Notes: generated from the letters alone by a model not told the origin. A stretch of DNA of 48,734 bases from an uncultured Methylomarinum sp. (GCA_964385115.1 CAYLNS010000001.1:1-48734), one strand, 5' to 3'. Positions 10,460-20,756 are shown, counted from the first letter of the stretch. Made by a program: numbers and translations.

Positions 10460-11380
10460 ATGTTGAAAATACAGGATACTGATGTTTATACCGACTTTTC
10501 CGGTCTGGCAAAACTGAAAACGGAAGCCCGACAAAACAGCCCGGAGGCATTAACTAAAGTTGCCAGTCAGTTTGAGTCGATTTTTTTGAATATGGTGTTA
10601 AAAAGTATGCGCCAGGCCAAATTGGCGGATGGCATTATGGATAGCGACCAGAGTAAATTTTTCCAGGATATGTATGATCAGCAGTTGGCGGTACATTTGT
10701 CGGCAAGCCCTGGTATTGGTCTGGCGGATTTGATTGTTAAACAGTTGAGTCCAAAACAGAGCGATGATGTTGAAAAAATGGGGGTTGAAGATTATCTGAA
10801 ACACTCGATTCAAAGAAGATTGCAGATTCAGCCCGAAAAATCTCAAACTGTACTCAAAAGTCAGCGGACACCGCTTTCAGCAGCAGTCAATAAACAGCAA
10901 AACCTTAGTCCTAAACAACAATTCGTTGAGCAATTGCTGCCCTATGCAAAACAGGCGGCTCAGCAAATTGGCGTGGACGAGTCGGTGTTGATTGCACAAG
11001 CGGCGCTGGAAACAGGCTGGGGTAAGGCCGTGATAAAACATGAAGATGGACGCAGTAGTTTTAATCTTTTTAATATCAAAGCGGACAGAGGCTGGCAAGG
11101 GGCAAAGGTTGATAAAGTTTCCCTGGAATACAGAGATGGCGTGGCCCGAAAACAGAAGTCAGCCTTTAGAGCTTATCAATCCTATCAGGAAAGTTTTATG
11201 GATTATGCCCGTTTTATTAAACAGAATCCACGTTATGGACAGGCCTTAAAGCAGGCGGGGGATGCAGAACAATATATGCATGAATTACAAAAAGCCGGCT
11301 ATGCAACTGATCCGGACTATGCCAAAAAAGTATTACGAATTTTGCATGGTAATACCCAGTTGGCAATGAAACAGAGGTAA
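10460..11380 (+). CDS. flgJ: flagellar rod assembly protein/peptidoglycan hydrolase FlgJ
   Basis: QFESIFLNMVLKSMR rod-binding part; AQAALETGWG, NLFNIKA, GYATDPDYA hydrolase part. Confidence 0.96.
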   Translation: MLKIQDTDVYTDFSGLAKLKTEARQNSPEALTKVASQFESIFLNMVLKSMRQAKLADGIMDSDQSKFFQDMYDQQLAVHLSASPGIGLADLIVKQLSPKQSDDVEKMGVEDYLKHSIQRRLQIQPEKSQTVLKSQRTPLSAAVNKQQNLSPKQQFVEQLLPYAKQAAQQIGVDESVLIAQAALETGWGKAVIKHEDGRSSFNLFNIKADRGWQGAKVDKVSLEYRDGVARKQKSAFRAYQSYQESFMDYARFIKQNPRYGQALKQAGDAEQYMHELQKAGYATDPDYAKKVLRILHGNTQLAMKQR

Positions 11381-11385
11381 TTGAT

Positions 11386-13074
11386 ATGGCTTCAGGAATT
11401 TTAGATACAGCGGTATCGGGCTTAACGACTTTGCAGCGTTCTTTACAGACCGTGAGTCATAATATCGCTAATGTCAATACAGAAGGCTATAGCCGGCAGC
11501 GGGTTGAACTGGGCACCAACCCTGCAGAAAGGACCGGTGAGGGCTTTATTGGCAAAGGTGTGCATATTAAAGATGTCGTGCGTTCGTATGACCAATTTAC
11601 TACCGCACAACTTCGTTCCAGTACCTCTACTTATTCTGAGGCTGATCAATTTCAGGTTATGGCCAGCCGGGTGGATGATTTACTGGCCAGCAAGGAAACC
11701 AGTTTATCCCCGGCATTAAAAAAATTCTTTAATGCCGTCAATGATGTGGCTAATGATCCAGCATCAGTACCTGCCAGGCAGAGCCTGTTATCAGAATCGG
11801 ACAACCTGGTTCAGCGTTTTTCGACGATGAACAACCGCCTGGATGAATTGCAAAGTCAGGTGAATAGCAACCTGGTTTCAGATGTCGAAAAAATCAATTC
11901 TTATGCTAAATCCATTGCCAAACTCAATATCGATATTGCCAAGCAGTCAGATCAAAGTGGCGTCGCTTTTAAAACCAATGACTTGCTGGATCAGCGTGAC
12001 TTATTAGTCAGTAAATTATCCGAGTTGGTTGATGTGTCGGTGGTGCCTGAAGGTAATAGTATGGTCAGTGTGTTTGTGGGTCAGGGCCAAACGCTGGTTT
12101 TGTCGGGGCAGGCCCGTCAGATGTTAGTGCAACAATCAAAATTGGATACAAACAAGCTGGAAGTGGGTGTCAAAGATCCGGTGTCTGGAAACTTTCAGGA
12201 TATTACCCGGCAATTATCGGGCGGCAGGATATCGGGCACCTTGAATTTCAGGGATAAAATCCTGGATGAGGCCAAGTTGAGTCTGGGAACCATCGCTGCC
12301 AGTGTTACCATGGAATTTAACCGGGTGCATAAGTTTGGTTATGACCTGGATGGTAATGCAGGGCAGGATTTTTTTACCGGTATTGCCAATGTGCCGGTCA
12401 CTGCTGCCCCGGGCAATACTGGTTCAATCACGGCCGTTTTTGATTCAGCCATTATCAATAAAATAGATAACAGTGATTATCAATTAAACGTAGGCACAGG
12501 ACCCAGCTATACATTGACTCGGCTGAGTGATAATTCATCCATCAGTTTGACCGATTCCGGGGGACAGTTAGTGGCGACATCGCCTGACAGTCTGCCTGGA
12601 ATTGCAATTTCCCTGGGAGGCACCGCACCGGTAGCCGGGGATACTTTTTTAATTCGGCCGACTTATGATGCCGCCAAAAATATTGCTGTTAATCTGACCG
12701 ACCCGAGAAAAATTGCCGCAGCCAGCAGTCAAAATTCAACAGGTGGCGCGTTGGTCGGGGATAACAGAAATGCCCTGGCGCTTGCCGGACTTGAAAGCAA
12801 GGCCGTGATGTACGATGGAACGGCTTCTTTTAAAGAAGGTTTTGTGCAATTGGTTTCTGATGTTGGAAATCAAACCAGTTCCGCTAAAATCAGTGCCTCG
12901 GCGCAAGAGGTTTTGTTAAACAATGCTAAAGAGCAATGGAGTAGTGTTTCCGGTGTTAATCTGGATGAGGAAGCGGCGGAGCTGATTAAATTGCAGCAGG
13001 CGTATCAGGCATCTTCGCAGACCATTGCAACCACTCGAAGAATATTTGATACCCTGATGAACAGTATTGCATAG
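11386..13074 (+). CDS. flgK: flagellar hook-associated protein FlgK
   Basis: SHNIANVNTEGYSRQ, NDLLDQRD, SGVNLDEEA. Confidence 0.97.
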   Translation: MASGILDTAVSGLTTLQRSLQTVSHNIANVNTEGYSRQRVELGTNPAERTGEGFIGKGVHIKDVVRSYDQFTTAQLRSSTSTYSEADQFQVMASRVDDLLASKETSLSPALKKFFNAVNDVANDPASVPARQSLLSESDNLVQRFSTMNNRLDELQSQVNSNLVSDVEKINSYAKSIAKLNIDIAKQSDQSGVAFKTNDLLDQRDLLVSKLSELVDVSVVPEGNSMVSVFVGQGQTLVLSGQARQMLVQQSKLDTNKLEVGVKDPVSGNFQDITRQLSGGRISGTLNFRDKILDEAKLSLGTIAASVTMEFNRVHKFGYDLDGNAGQDFFTGIANVPVTAAPGNTGSITAVFDSAIINKIDNSDYQLNVGTGPSYTLTRLSDNSSISLTDSGGQLVATSPDSLPGIAISLGGTAPVAGDTFLIRPTYDAAKNIAVNLTDPRKIAAASSQNSTGGALVGDNRNALALAGLESKAVMYDGTASFKEGFVQLVSDVGNQTSSAKISASAQEVLLNNAKEQWSSVSGVNLDEEAAELIKLQQAYQASSQTIATTRRIFDTLMNSIA

Positions 13075-13085
13075 CGGGAGAATTT

Positions 13086-13976
13086 ATGAAAATTTCAACA
13101 GCTTGGGGCCAACAATTAGGATTAAATGCGCTGCTTTCACAACAGTCGAAAGTCAATCAATCGCAAATTCAGTTGGCTCAGGGTAAGAAAATACTGAAAC
13201 CCAGCGATAATCCGGTAGATATCAGCCAGATTATGAATTATGAGCAGCGTATCGAAAAAATCCAGCAGTATCAGGATAATCTCGATATGAGCAAACAGCG
13301 GCTGTCATTGGAAGAGACAACGCTTAAAAGCTCTCTGGATGTGATGAACCGTATTAAAGAATTAGGCTTGCAGGGTTTAAATGGAATTAATAATCAAAGC
13401 GACCTGGATGGCATAGCCGATGAGATTGAGCAGATGGGTGAGCAGTTGTTGGGGCTGGCAAATACCCAGAATGCCAATGGTGAATATTTGTTTTCAGGGA
13501 TGGAAAGCAAAACCGTGCCGTTTGTAGCGGGCTCACCTTATGTTTATCAGGGAGATTCCAATCAGCGGACTATTCAGGTCAGCGATACCCGTCAAATTGC
13601 AGACGGCGATCCTGGAAACAAGATTTTTGGACCTTCAGCCAGTGGAGCGGGTGATAGTGTTTTTGATGTGATTAAACAGTTTGCCAATGAATTAAGGTCC
13701 GGTGCGCCTCAGCCATCCACATTGGGGCAATTGGATACAACATTTGAAAATATTATTACCACGCAGTCTTCTGTGGGGGCGCGATTAAACGCTGTTGAGC
13801 AGACACAAAGCGCTCATGAGGATTATTTGCTGGATATGCAAACGGCCTTATCCGGGTTGAAAGATTTGGATTATGCTGAAGCCATCAGTCGCTTTAATCA
13901 GCAAAATCTGGCGTTACAGGCGGCGCAACAATCCTTTTCAAAAGTGCAAAACCTTTCCTTGTTTAATTACCTGTAA
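13086..13976 (+). CDS. flgL: flagellar hook-associated protein FlgL
   Basis: GKKILKPSDNP, NGEYLFSG, DLDYAEAIS...LSLFNYL. Confidence 0.96.
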   Translation: MKISTAWGQQLGLNALLSQQSKVNQSQIQLAQGKKILKPSDNPVDISQIMNYEQRIEKIQQYQDNLDMSKQRLSLEETTLKSSLDVMNRIKELGLQGLNGINNQSDLDGIADEIEQMGEQLLGLANTQNANGEYLFSGMESKTVPFVAGSPYVYQGDSNQRTIQVSDTRQIADGDPGNKIFGPSASGAGDSVFDVIKQFANELRSGAPQPSTLGQLDTTFENIITTQSSVGARLNAVEQTQSAHEDYLLDMQTALSGLKDLDYAEAISRFNQQNLALQAAQQSFSKVQNLSLFNYL

Positions 13977-13987
13977 TAATCAACAAA

Positions 13988-14737
13988 CTATTTTATATTG
14001 GACAGTTCTCTTTCTATTTCCTGTATATAGCGTTGAATGCGCGATTCCTGTCCGGAAGTTAAATTATCAAATGAGCAGCCTATACGGTAGCCTTTGTCAG
14101 CTTTTTCAGGGTTTATTTTTTGTCTGTTTTTAACAGTCAGATTCACCGGTCCAAATTCATTTCCGGCAAGCACTAGAAGACAGTCTTTAAATTCAGTGGT
14201 GGGAATAAACTGATTGGCATGTTCTATATCCATCAAGGTCAGGGCAATGCCGCAGATGCTGATATCAATCAGCCGACATTGTAGGGTTTGTTCTTCAGTA
14301 TTTTCTTCACTGTCCTTATCGGTCACAGGCAGCGTGATTTGGCAATAACTGTCATGGGAAAGCGGCACTCTGACACGGTAATATTCCCGGCGTTGCATCC
14401 AGAACAGTTCTTCTGGAATGGCCATGGCAAATACCTGCTGACCTTTTAAGTTGGATTTAGTAATCTTTTTTCCATCAAAAGCCACTTTGATGCCTGCCAG
14501 TTCTGTTCTAAATTCAACCTGAGGGGATTGCAGCAGCTGTTTGTTTAAATAATCTTTGGGGCCAAAATCCAAAAACAGAGTTTTCTTTTTATTATCAATG
14601 GCCAGCAGCGTCGTAATAAATGATTCATTATTTTCGCCATAATGACAGGAAATCAGACAGTTTTGTTTCATTAACTGAGTCAGATTACTGATAATTTGTT
14701 TAGGGGCTTTAATGTTAAATTCTGAATCGCTTCCCAT
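13988..14737 (-). CDS. ycgR: c-di-GMP-binding flagellar brake protein YcgR (PilZ)
   Basis: PilZ motifs QRREYYR (RxxxR) and DISICG (DxSxxG); next to the flg operon. Confidence 0.88.
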   Translation of the reverse strand: MGSDSEFNIKAPKQIISNLTQLMKQNCLISCHYGENNESFITTLLAIDNKKKTLFLDFGPKDYLNKQLLQSPQVEFRTELAGIKVAFDGKKITKSNLKGQQVFAMAIPEELFWMQRREYYRVRVPLSHDSYCQITLPVTDKDSEENTEEQTLQCRLIDISICGIALTLMDIEHANQFIPTTEFKDCLLVLAGNEFGPVNLTVKNRQKINPEKADKGYRIGCSFDNLTSGQESRIQRYIQEIERELSNIK

Positions 14738-14827
14738 GATTTTTCCAATCAGGATAAAAATTATTAAGTGCTATGCCTCTCTATTGTAGAATAAAAGCTC
14801 TTTTTGTCTAGAAAAGCAGGAGAATTA

Positions 14828-15154
14828 ATGGGTTGGGGTTGGATTTTATTGTTTGCAGCAGGTTGCGCAGAAATTATTTTTGCCTTAAGCCTTAAATTAA
14901 ATGAAGGTTTTACGCGATTATGGCCCAGTATTGTCACGATGATATCGGGAGGTGGCAGTTTTTATCTGTTGATGATGGCTATTAAAACCCTGCCTCTGGG
15001 GACGGCCTATGCGGTATGGACCGGAATGGGGGCGGTGGGTGTGGCTGTCTTGGGTATATTTTTATTCAAGGAGTCAGCAGACTGGTGGCGTCTGGCCTCC
15101 ATTAGCCTGATTGTTCTGGGTATAGTCGGATTGAAACTGACGGACATTGAATAA
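14828..15154 (+). CDS. SMR-family (SugE/Gdx-like) small multidrug/guanidinium exporter
   Basis: 4 TM segments, membrane Glu (AEIIF), LPLGTAYAVWTGMG; start at ATG 14828 after RBS AGGAG. Confidence 0.88.
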   Translation: MGWGWILLFAAGCAEIIFALSLKLNEGFTRLWPSIVTMISGGGSFYLLMMAIKTLPLGTAYAVWTGMGAVGVAVLGIFLFKESADWWRLASISLIVLGIVGLKLTDIE

Positions 15155-15447
15155 TGTTGCATTTAATAGTTCAAGGCAGTTTTGATAAAGTTTTTGTCGA
15201 GCGTTTAGGGGCGGGAGATGATATCGTTTTGCAGCAGTCGGCAGTGTTTGTTATAGCCCAGGGACACGATAAAAATGCTTTGATATTGCAGGTTTTGCAG
15301 AAAGCCTGCTCTGTCTATGTATTAAAAGATGAGCTGGAATTGTTTGGGCTGTCGGAAGAGCAGATTTTGAGTGACGTGAAAGTCATAGATTATTCCAATC
15401 TGGTCGAGCTGACTGTCAAACACAAGGCAATCAAAACATGGCGCTAG
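15154..15447 (+). CDS. TusB/DsrH-family sulfur relay protein (divergent)
   Basis: 97 aa, MLHL start, DDIVL, VYVLKDELELFGL, IDYSNLVELTVKH...W end; next to tusE/dsrC. Confidence 0.75.
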   Translation: MLHLIVQGSFDKVFVERLGAGDDIVLQQSAVFVIAQGHDKNALILQVLQKACSVYVLKDELELFGLSEEQILSDVKVIDYSNLVELTVKHKAIKTWR

Positions 15448-15770
15448 TTGTTGAAGGAAAAGAGCTGGAGACGACTGAGCAGGGTTTTTTATGTCATCTT
15501 CAGGATTGGAATGAGACCGTGGCTGATGTTATGGCTGGACAGGATAAACTAGCGCTTACTGCGGCCCACTGGGAAATTATTTATTTTATCCGTGAGTATT
15601 ACCAGTTATATAAACATTTGCCTAATGCCAGAGTATTCACCCGGGCCGTGCGCAACCAGTTGGGAGAGGAAAAAGGCAATAGCCGTTATTTACTCCGGCT
15701 TTTTCCCGATGGACCATTAAAATATGCCTGTAAATATGCAGGCTTACCGAAACCACCGACCTGTCTTTGA
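15438..15770 (+). CDS. TusE/DsrC-family sulfur carrier
   Basis: GFL..LQDWNE, LTAAHWEII, GNSRYLLRLFPDGP, C-terminal ACKYAGLPKPPTCL. Confidence 0.93.
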   Translation: MALVVEGKELETTEQGFLCHLQDWNETVADVMAGQDKLALTAAHWEIIYFIREYYQLYKHLPNARVFTRAVRNQLGEEKGNSRYLLRLFPDGPLKYACKYAGLPKPPTCL

Positions 15771-15798
15771 TGGCAGGTAAAGAAAATAGAGAGTTTTT

Positions 15799-17109
15799 AT
15801 GAGCAATCCTCGTGTAGGGTTTATCAGTTTGGGCTGTCCTAAAGCCCTGGTTGACAGTGAACAGATTCTGACGCGATTGCGATCAGAAGGCTATCAGGTA
15901 TCGCCTGATTATCAGCAATCTGATTTAGTTATTGTTAATACCTGCGGTTTTATTGACGCAGCTGTTGAAGAGTCATTAGGCAGTATTGGTGAAGCCTTGG
16001 CACAAAATGGCAAGGTTATTGTAACCGGCTGTTTGGGAGCCCGGCAGGATGAAATTCTGGCTCGGCACCCTCAGGTTTTAAAAATAACAGGCGCTCATGC
16101 CACAGATGAGGTTGTTGATGCTGTGCATGAATATTTGCCGCCCCGACATGACCCGTTTACCAGCCTGATTCCTCCACAGGGAATTAAGTTAACGCCAAAG
16201 CATTATGCCTATCTGAAAATTTCAGAGGGCTGCAATCATCGTTGTAGCTTTTGTATTATTCCATCCATGCGGGGTGATTTGGTGAGTCGTCCGGTAGATG
16301 ATGTGTTGCTTGAGGCTGAAAACCTGGCGCAGGCCGGAGTCAAGGAGTTACTGGTTGTCTCGCAGGATACCAGCGCTTATGGTCTGGATTTGAAATATCA
16401 GCAGAGAAGCTGGAAAGGCCGGACACTGGATACTCGTTTTTATGATTTAGCCGATGCATTGGGTGATTTAGGTATCTGGGTCAGGATGCATTATGTTTAT
16501 CCTTATCCGCATGTGGATGATGTGATTCCGTTGATGGCAGAGGGAAAAATATTACCGTATCTGGATATTCCTTTTCAGCATGCCAGTCAGCGCATATTAA
16601 AGCTGATGAAAAGACCGGCTGCGGCCGAAAATAATCTGGAAAGAATTCATGCCTGGCGGAAAATGTGTCCCGACATTACCCTACGCAGTACTTTTATTGT
16701 CGGATTTCCTGGGGAAACCGAGCAGGAATTTGAGCAATTATTGGCATTTCTGAGCGAAGCGCAGATGGATAGAGTGGGGTGTTTTGCCTATTCGTCTGTA
16801 AAAGGGGCTAAGGCTAACGAGCTTCCAAATGCTGTTCCAGAGGAAGTAAAGCAGGAAAGGGTTGAGCGCTTCATGGCTCATCAGGCAGAAATCAGTGCGG
16901 CTCGATTGCAACAACGTATTGGAAAAAAAGAAACGGTATTAGTCGATGAGGTGGTTGCAGAAGGTGCGGTAGCCCGTAGCAAGGCTGATGCCCCTGAAAT
17001 TGATGGGCAGGTCTTTATAGACGGTGCGACACATTTAAAGGTGGGGGATTTTGTTACTGTGGAGATGGAAGAAGCCGATGAATACGACTTATGGGGAAAG
17101 CTGGTTTAA
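15799..17109 (+). CDS. rimO: ribosomal protein S12 methylthiotransferase RimO
   Basis: [18 protein letters not shown], radical-SAM [12 protein letters not shown] domain DAPEIDG. Confidence 0.98.
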   Translation: MSNPRVGFISLGCPKALVDSEQILTRLRSEGYQVSPDYQQSDLVIVNTCGFIDAAVEESLGSIGEALAQNGKVIVTGCLGARQDEILARHPQVLKITGAHATDEVVDAVHEYLPPRHDPFTSLIPPQGIKLTPKHYAYLKISEGCNHRCSFCIIPSMRGDLVSRPVDDVLLEAENLAQAGVKELLVVSQDTSAYGLDLKYQQRSWKGRTLDTRFYDLADALGDLGIWVRMHYVYPYPHVDDVIPLMAEGKILPYLDIPFQHASQRILKLMKRPAAAENNLERIHAWRKMCPDITLRSTFIVGFPGETEQEFEQLLAFLSEAQMDRVGCFAYSSVKGAKANELPNAVPEEVKQERVERFMAHQAEISAARLQQRIGKKETVLVDEVVAEGAVARSKADAPEIDGQVFIDGATHLKVGDFVTVEMEEADEYDLWGKLV

Positions 17110-17125
17110 GCGGAGATAAGATGGT

Positions 17126-17150
17126 GGGCAGTCAATGGAATTGACTGCCC
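17126..17150. terminator. hairpin between convergent rimO and csp genes
   Basis: GGGCAGTCAAT-GGA-ATTGACTGCCC, 11-bp perfect stem; no clear U-tract on either side. Confidence 0.6.
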
Positions 17151-17162
17151 GATACTGTAATC

Positions 17163-17372
17163 TTACAGTGCAGTGACGTTTTCTGCCTGTGGTCCTTTTT
17201 GGCCCATGGTGACTTCCATGGTAACGCGCTGACCTTCAGTCAGGGTCTTACGGCCATTGCCATTAATAGCACTGAAATGTACGAATACATCTTTAGAGCC
17301 TTCCTGTTCAATGAAACCGAAACCTTTTTCATCGTTAAACCATTTTACGGTGCCTTCAACTAAATCTGACAT
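17163..17372 (-). CDS. cold-shock protein (CspA family)
   Basis: 69 aa from ATG 17372: [15 protein letters not shown] (RNP1), DVFVHFSAI (RNP2). Confidence 0.96.
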   Translation of the reverse strand: MSDLVEGTVKWFNDEKGFGFIEQEGSKDVFVHFSAINGNGRKTLTEGQRVTMEVTMGQKGPQAENVTAL

Positions 17373-17510
17373 AATTCTCTCTTGCAATAAATAAATGCCG
17401 GCTTTCACCAGCGTAATACATAAATGTTCAATACAGCGGAGTAGGGAGGAATAAAAGAAGGTTTGAATAAACAATCAGAAAATACAGCCTACCTAGCAGT
17501 ATTGGGTTCC

Positions 17511-17538
17511 ATTATACAGACCTGAGGTAATGAGTCAC
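17511..17538 (-). promoter_or_regulatory. sigma70 promoter of csp gene, implying a ~130-nt 5' UTR
   Basis: Minus strand GTGACT-N16-TATAAT; long leaders are typical of cspA-like mRNAs. Confidence 0.55.
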
Positions 17539-17841
17539 TTAAAAAAACATATTTGATGAATTTGCCATGAATATTCAGGTAATACAGCTCGTTTTTATAG
17601 GGTTATTTTTATTTTTTTATATATAAATCAAGTGGTTGTTAAGTTTTGTGGCTTTTTGAAGAAAAATCTGTGTTGTGGGCAGTGAGTGCCGGGAAATAGC
17701 ATAATTTGTCTGGCTGCCAGGATGGGTGGCCAGAAATATTTCAGGGAATTTATCAGTAAGCACTATATATCTGGAAAGGAATAAGCAATACAGGCTATAA
17801 TCACTGCATTTTTTGTAACTACTCAGCATATTTATAGTTTC

Positions 17842-17904
17842 AATATCAGTTACTTATTTGTGGCATTCATAGTGCTTTTACTGTGTTTATAAGTAACTGA
17901 TATT
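17842..17904. promoter_or_regulatory. 16-bp perfect inverted repeat (two IHF-consensus sites) flanking a sigma54-like element
   Basis: AATATCAGTTACTTAT (17842-17857) / ATAAGTAACTGATATT (17889-17904); each contains WATCARNNNNTTR; TGGCATTCATAGTGCT at 17861-17876. Confidence 0.6.
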
Positions 17905-17986
17905 TAATGAATTTAGTTAAGTTGGATATGCTGAATTATTACCATTTTTTGAAATCAATTTTAGTCATTCTCACCGGAAAAAAGGC

Positions 17987-20749
17987 ATGCTGAACAAGCT
18001 GGTTAAATTAGTCATAGGAAGCCGAAACGACAGGCTGGTCAAGAAAAAACGCAAGATCGTTAAAAAGATTAACGCATTGGAGCCGGAATTTCAGAAGCTT
18101 TCTGATGAAGCGCTGAAAGCAAAAACAGAGGAATTCAGGCAACGACTGGAGCAAGGTGAAAAGCTGAATGATTTACTGCCTGAAGCTTTTGCGGCAGTTC
18201 GGGAAGCCTCGGTGCGGGTTTTTGGTATGCGGCATTTTGATGTCCAGCTGATTGGTGGGATGGTTTTGCACGATGGCAAAATTGCCGAAATGAAAACCGG
18301 GGAAGGTAAAACCCTGATGGCAACACTGGCAGCCTATTTAAATGCATTGCCTGGGCGCGGTGTGCATGTGGTGACGGTCAATGATTATCTGGCTCAGCGT
18401 GATTCAGAATGGATGGGGCAACTCTATGAGTTTCTGGGACTGACTACCGGAGTGATTATCAGTGACTTAAATCATGAACAACGCAAACAGGCTTATGCGG
18501 CTGATATTACCTATGGCACTAATAATGAATTTGGCTTTGATTATCTGCGCGATAATATGGCATTCAGTCTGGAACAAAAAGTCCAGCGGGATCTTTATTT
18601 TGCCATTGTCGATGAAGTTGACTCCATTTTGATTGATGAAGCGCGGACGCCATTGATTATCTCCGGCCCGACGGAAGAAAGTACCGAAATTTATCAAAAA
18701 ACCAATGCCATTATTCCTTTATTAAAAGAACAGGAAAAAGCGGACGATCCTGAAGAACAGGAAAAAATGCCGGGCGACTACACAGTCGATGAAAAGTCCA
18801 AACAGGTGCATTTGACCGAAGAAGGCCATGAGCATGTTGAACAGTTAATGGTTGAACATGGATTGATGGAGCCCGGCGAAAGTCTTTATGATGCCGCCAA
18901 TATCCGGCTGATGCATTATATCAATGCTTCGCTCAGGGCCCATGTGTTATTCCAGAAAGACGTTGATTATGTTGTTGCCAATAATCAGGTCGTGATTGTT
19001 GATGAATTTACCGGTCGTCTGATGACCGGTCGGCGTTGGTCAGAGGGTCTGCATCAGGCTATTGAAGCCAAAGAAGGTGTGCCAATTCAAAATGAAAACC
19101 AGACTCTGGCATCTATTACCTTTCAAAATTATTTCAGATTATATGAAAAATTGTCTGGTATGACAGGTACGGCAGATACCGAAGCCTTTGAGCTGAACAA
19201 GATTTACGGTCTGGAAGTGGTTGTTATCCCGACACACCGGCCGATGATACGGGATGACAAAGGCGATTTGGTCTATCTGACAGCTCGCGAAAAATATAAT
19301 GCCATTGTTGAAGACATTAAAGATTGTGTGGAACGCGGTCAGCCGGTTCTGGTGGGAACGACTTCTATTGAAAATTCAGAGTTGATTTCCGAACAGCTTA
19401 AGAAACACAAGATAAAACACGAAGTATTAAACGCCAAACAGCATGAACGTGAAGCCCATATTATTGCCATGGCCGGTATGCCGGAAGCCGTGACCATTGC
19501 CACAAACATGGCCGGACGCGGAACCGATATTGTATTAGGCGGTAATCTGGATGTTGAATTAAGTGCGTTGGGTGAGGATGCCAGCGAAGAAGAAAAAGAG
19601 AAGGTAAAACAAGCCTGGAAGGAACGCCACGAAAAAGTCCTGTCCAGTGGAGGTCTGCATGTTATTGGTTCTGAACGACATGAATCACGACGTATTGATA
19701 ATCAGTTAAGAGGTCGTTCAGGGCGTCAGGGGGATCCGGGTTCCACACGGTTTTATTTATCCCTGGAAGATGATTTGATGCGTATTTTTGCCTCTGATCG
19801 TGTTGCCGGGCTGATGAAAAAACTGGGAATGGAAGAAGGCGAGGCCATCGAGCATCCGTGGGTAACCCGTTCGATTGAAAATGCCCAAAGAAAAGTGGAA
19901 GGGCGCAACTTTGACATGCGGAAAGAAGTTCTGGCCTATGATGATGTCGCTAATGACCAGCGTAAAGTTATTTATGCCAGACGCAATGAATTGATGGCAG
20001 CAGAGGATATCAGTGAAATGATTACTGATATCCGTAAAGATGTCATTAATGATGTGATTACTCAATATATTCCACCTAAAACCATGGAAGAGCAGTGGGA
20101 TATAAAAGGTCTGGAAGAGCATTTAAAAGATGAGTTTTTGCTGGACCTGCCTTTACAGGAAATGCTGGATAAAGACGAATCACTTGATGAAGAAGGATTA
20201 CGTAAATTGATTGTTAATGCCGCGGAGCAGGCCAGTAAGGAAAAAGAAGAACAAATCGGTTCAGATGTTTTCCGTCATTTTGAAAAATCCGTTATGTTGC
20301 AGGTTCTGGATAACAGCTGGAAAGAGCATCTGGCGGCAATGGACCAGTTGCGCCAGGGGATTCATTTCCGCGGATATGCACAGAAAGATCCCAAGCAGGA
20401 ATATAAACGCGAGTCTTTCGATATGTTCGCCAGTTTGCTGGATCATATTAAATATGAGGTCGTCAGTATTCTGGCAAAAGTCCAGGTGAATCAGGAAGAG
20501 GATGTCGAGGCCATTGATGAGCAGCGACAGGCCCAGGCAGAAGCGGCCGAGTTGCATTATGAGCATGCTGAAGCCAGCCCGGTACAGGATCCTGAAGAGC
20601 AGGCGGCAGCGGTTTTTGCCCCTGAGCCGGCTGAAGAAGAACAGGAAAAACAACCCTTTGTCAGGGAAGGGAAAAAAGTCGGCCGTAATGAGCCGTGTCC
20701 TTGTGGGTCTGGCAAAAAATATAAACAATGTCATGGCAAGCTGAAGTAA
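17987..20749 (+). CDS. secA: preprotein translocase ATPase SecA
   Basis: [35 protein letters not shown] tail [19 protein letters not shown]. Confidence 0.99.
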   Translation: MLNKLVKLVIGSRNDRLVKKKRKIVKKINALEPEFQKLSDEALKAKTEEFRQRLEQGEKLNDLLPEAFAAVREASVRVFGMRHFDVQLIGGMVLHDGKIAEMKTGEGKTLMATLAAYLNALPGRGVHVVTVNDYLAQRDSEWMGQLYEFLGLTTGVIISDLNHEQRKQAYAADITYGTNNEFGFDYLRDNMAFSLEQKVQRDLYFAIVDEVDSILIDEARTPLIISGPTEESTEIYQKTNAIIPLLKEQEKADDPEEQEKMPGDYTVDEKSKQVHLTEEGHEHVEQLMVEHGLMEPGESLYDAANIRLMHYINASLRAHVLFQKDVDYVVANNQVVIVDEFTGRLMTGRRWSEGLHQAIEAKEGVPIQNENQTLASITFQNYFRLYEKLSGMTGTADTEAFELNKIYGLEVVVIPTHRPMIRDDKGDLVYLTAREKYNAIVEDIKDCVERGQPVLVGTTSIENSELISEQLKKHKIKHEVLNAKQHEREAHIIAMAGMPEAVTIATNMAGRGTDIVLGGNLDVELSALGEDASEEEKEKVKQAWKERHEKVLSSGGLHVIGSERHESRRIDNQLRGRSGRQGDPGSTRFYLSLEDDLMRIFASDRVAGLMKKLGMEEGEAIEHPWVTRSIENAQRKVEGRNFDMRKEVLAYDDVANDQRKVIYARRNELMAAEDISEMITDIRKDVINDVITQYIPPKTMEEQWDIKGLEEHLKDEFLLDLPLQEMLDKDESLDEEGLRKLIVNAAEQASKEKEEQIGSDVFRHFEKSVMLQVLDNSWKEHLAAMDQLRQGIHFRGYAQKDPKQEYKRESFDMFASLLDHIKYEVVSILAKVQVNQEEDVEAIDEQRQAQAEAAELHYEHAEASPVQDPEEQAAAVFAPEPAEEEQEKQPFVREGKKVGRNEPCPCGSGKKYKQCHGKLK

Positions 20750-20756
20750 TGATATG

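Noticed and set aside
11361-11385. TTGGCA upstream of flgK as an internal sigma54 promoter
   Set aside because: No GC at the -12 position (TGGCAATGAAACAGAG)
14738-14827. Guanidine riboswitch expected upstream of a Gdx/SugE-like SMR gene
   Set aside because: No paired ACGR-loop hairpins or ykkC-like motif visible in the 90-nt gap, so I did not assign the gdx symbol
17567-17626. 19-aa hydrophobic micro-ORF MNIQVIQLVFIGLFLFFYI as a possible secM-like leader or toxin
   Set aside because: No RBS; the hydrophobicity is a by-product of T-rich sequence; too far from secA
17617-17829. 70-aa minus-strand ORF in the csp-secA gap
   Set aside because: No recognisable homology or RBS; overlaps likely regulatory DNA
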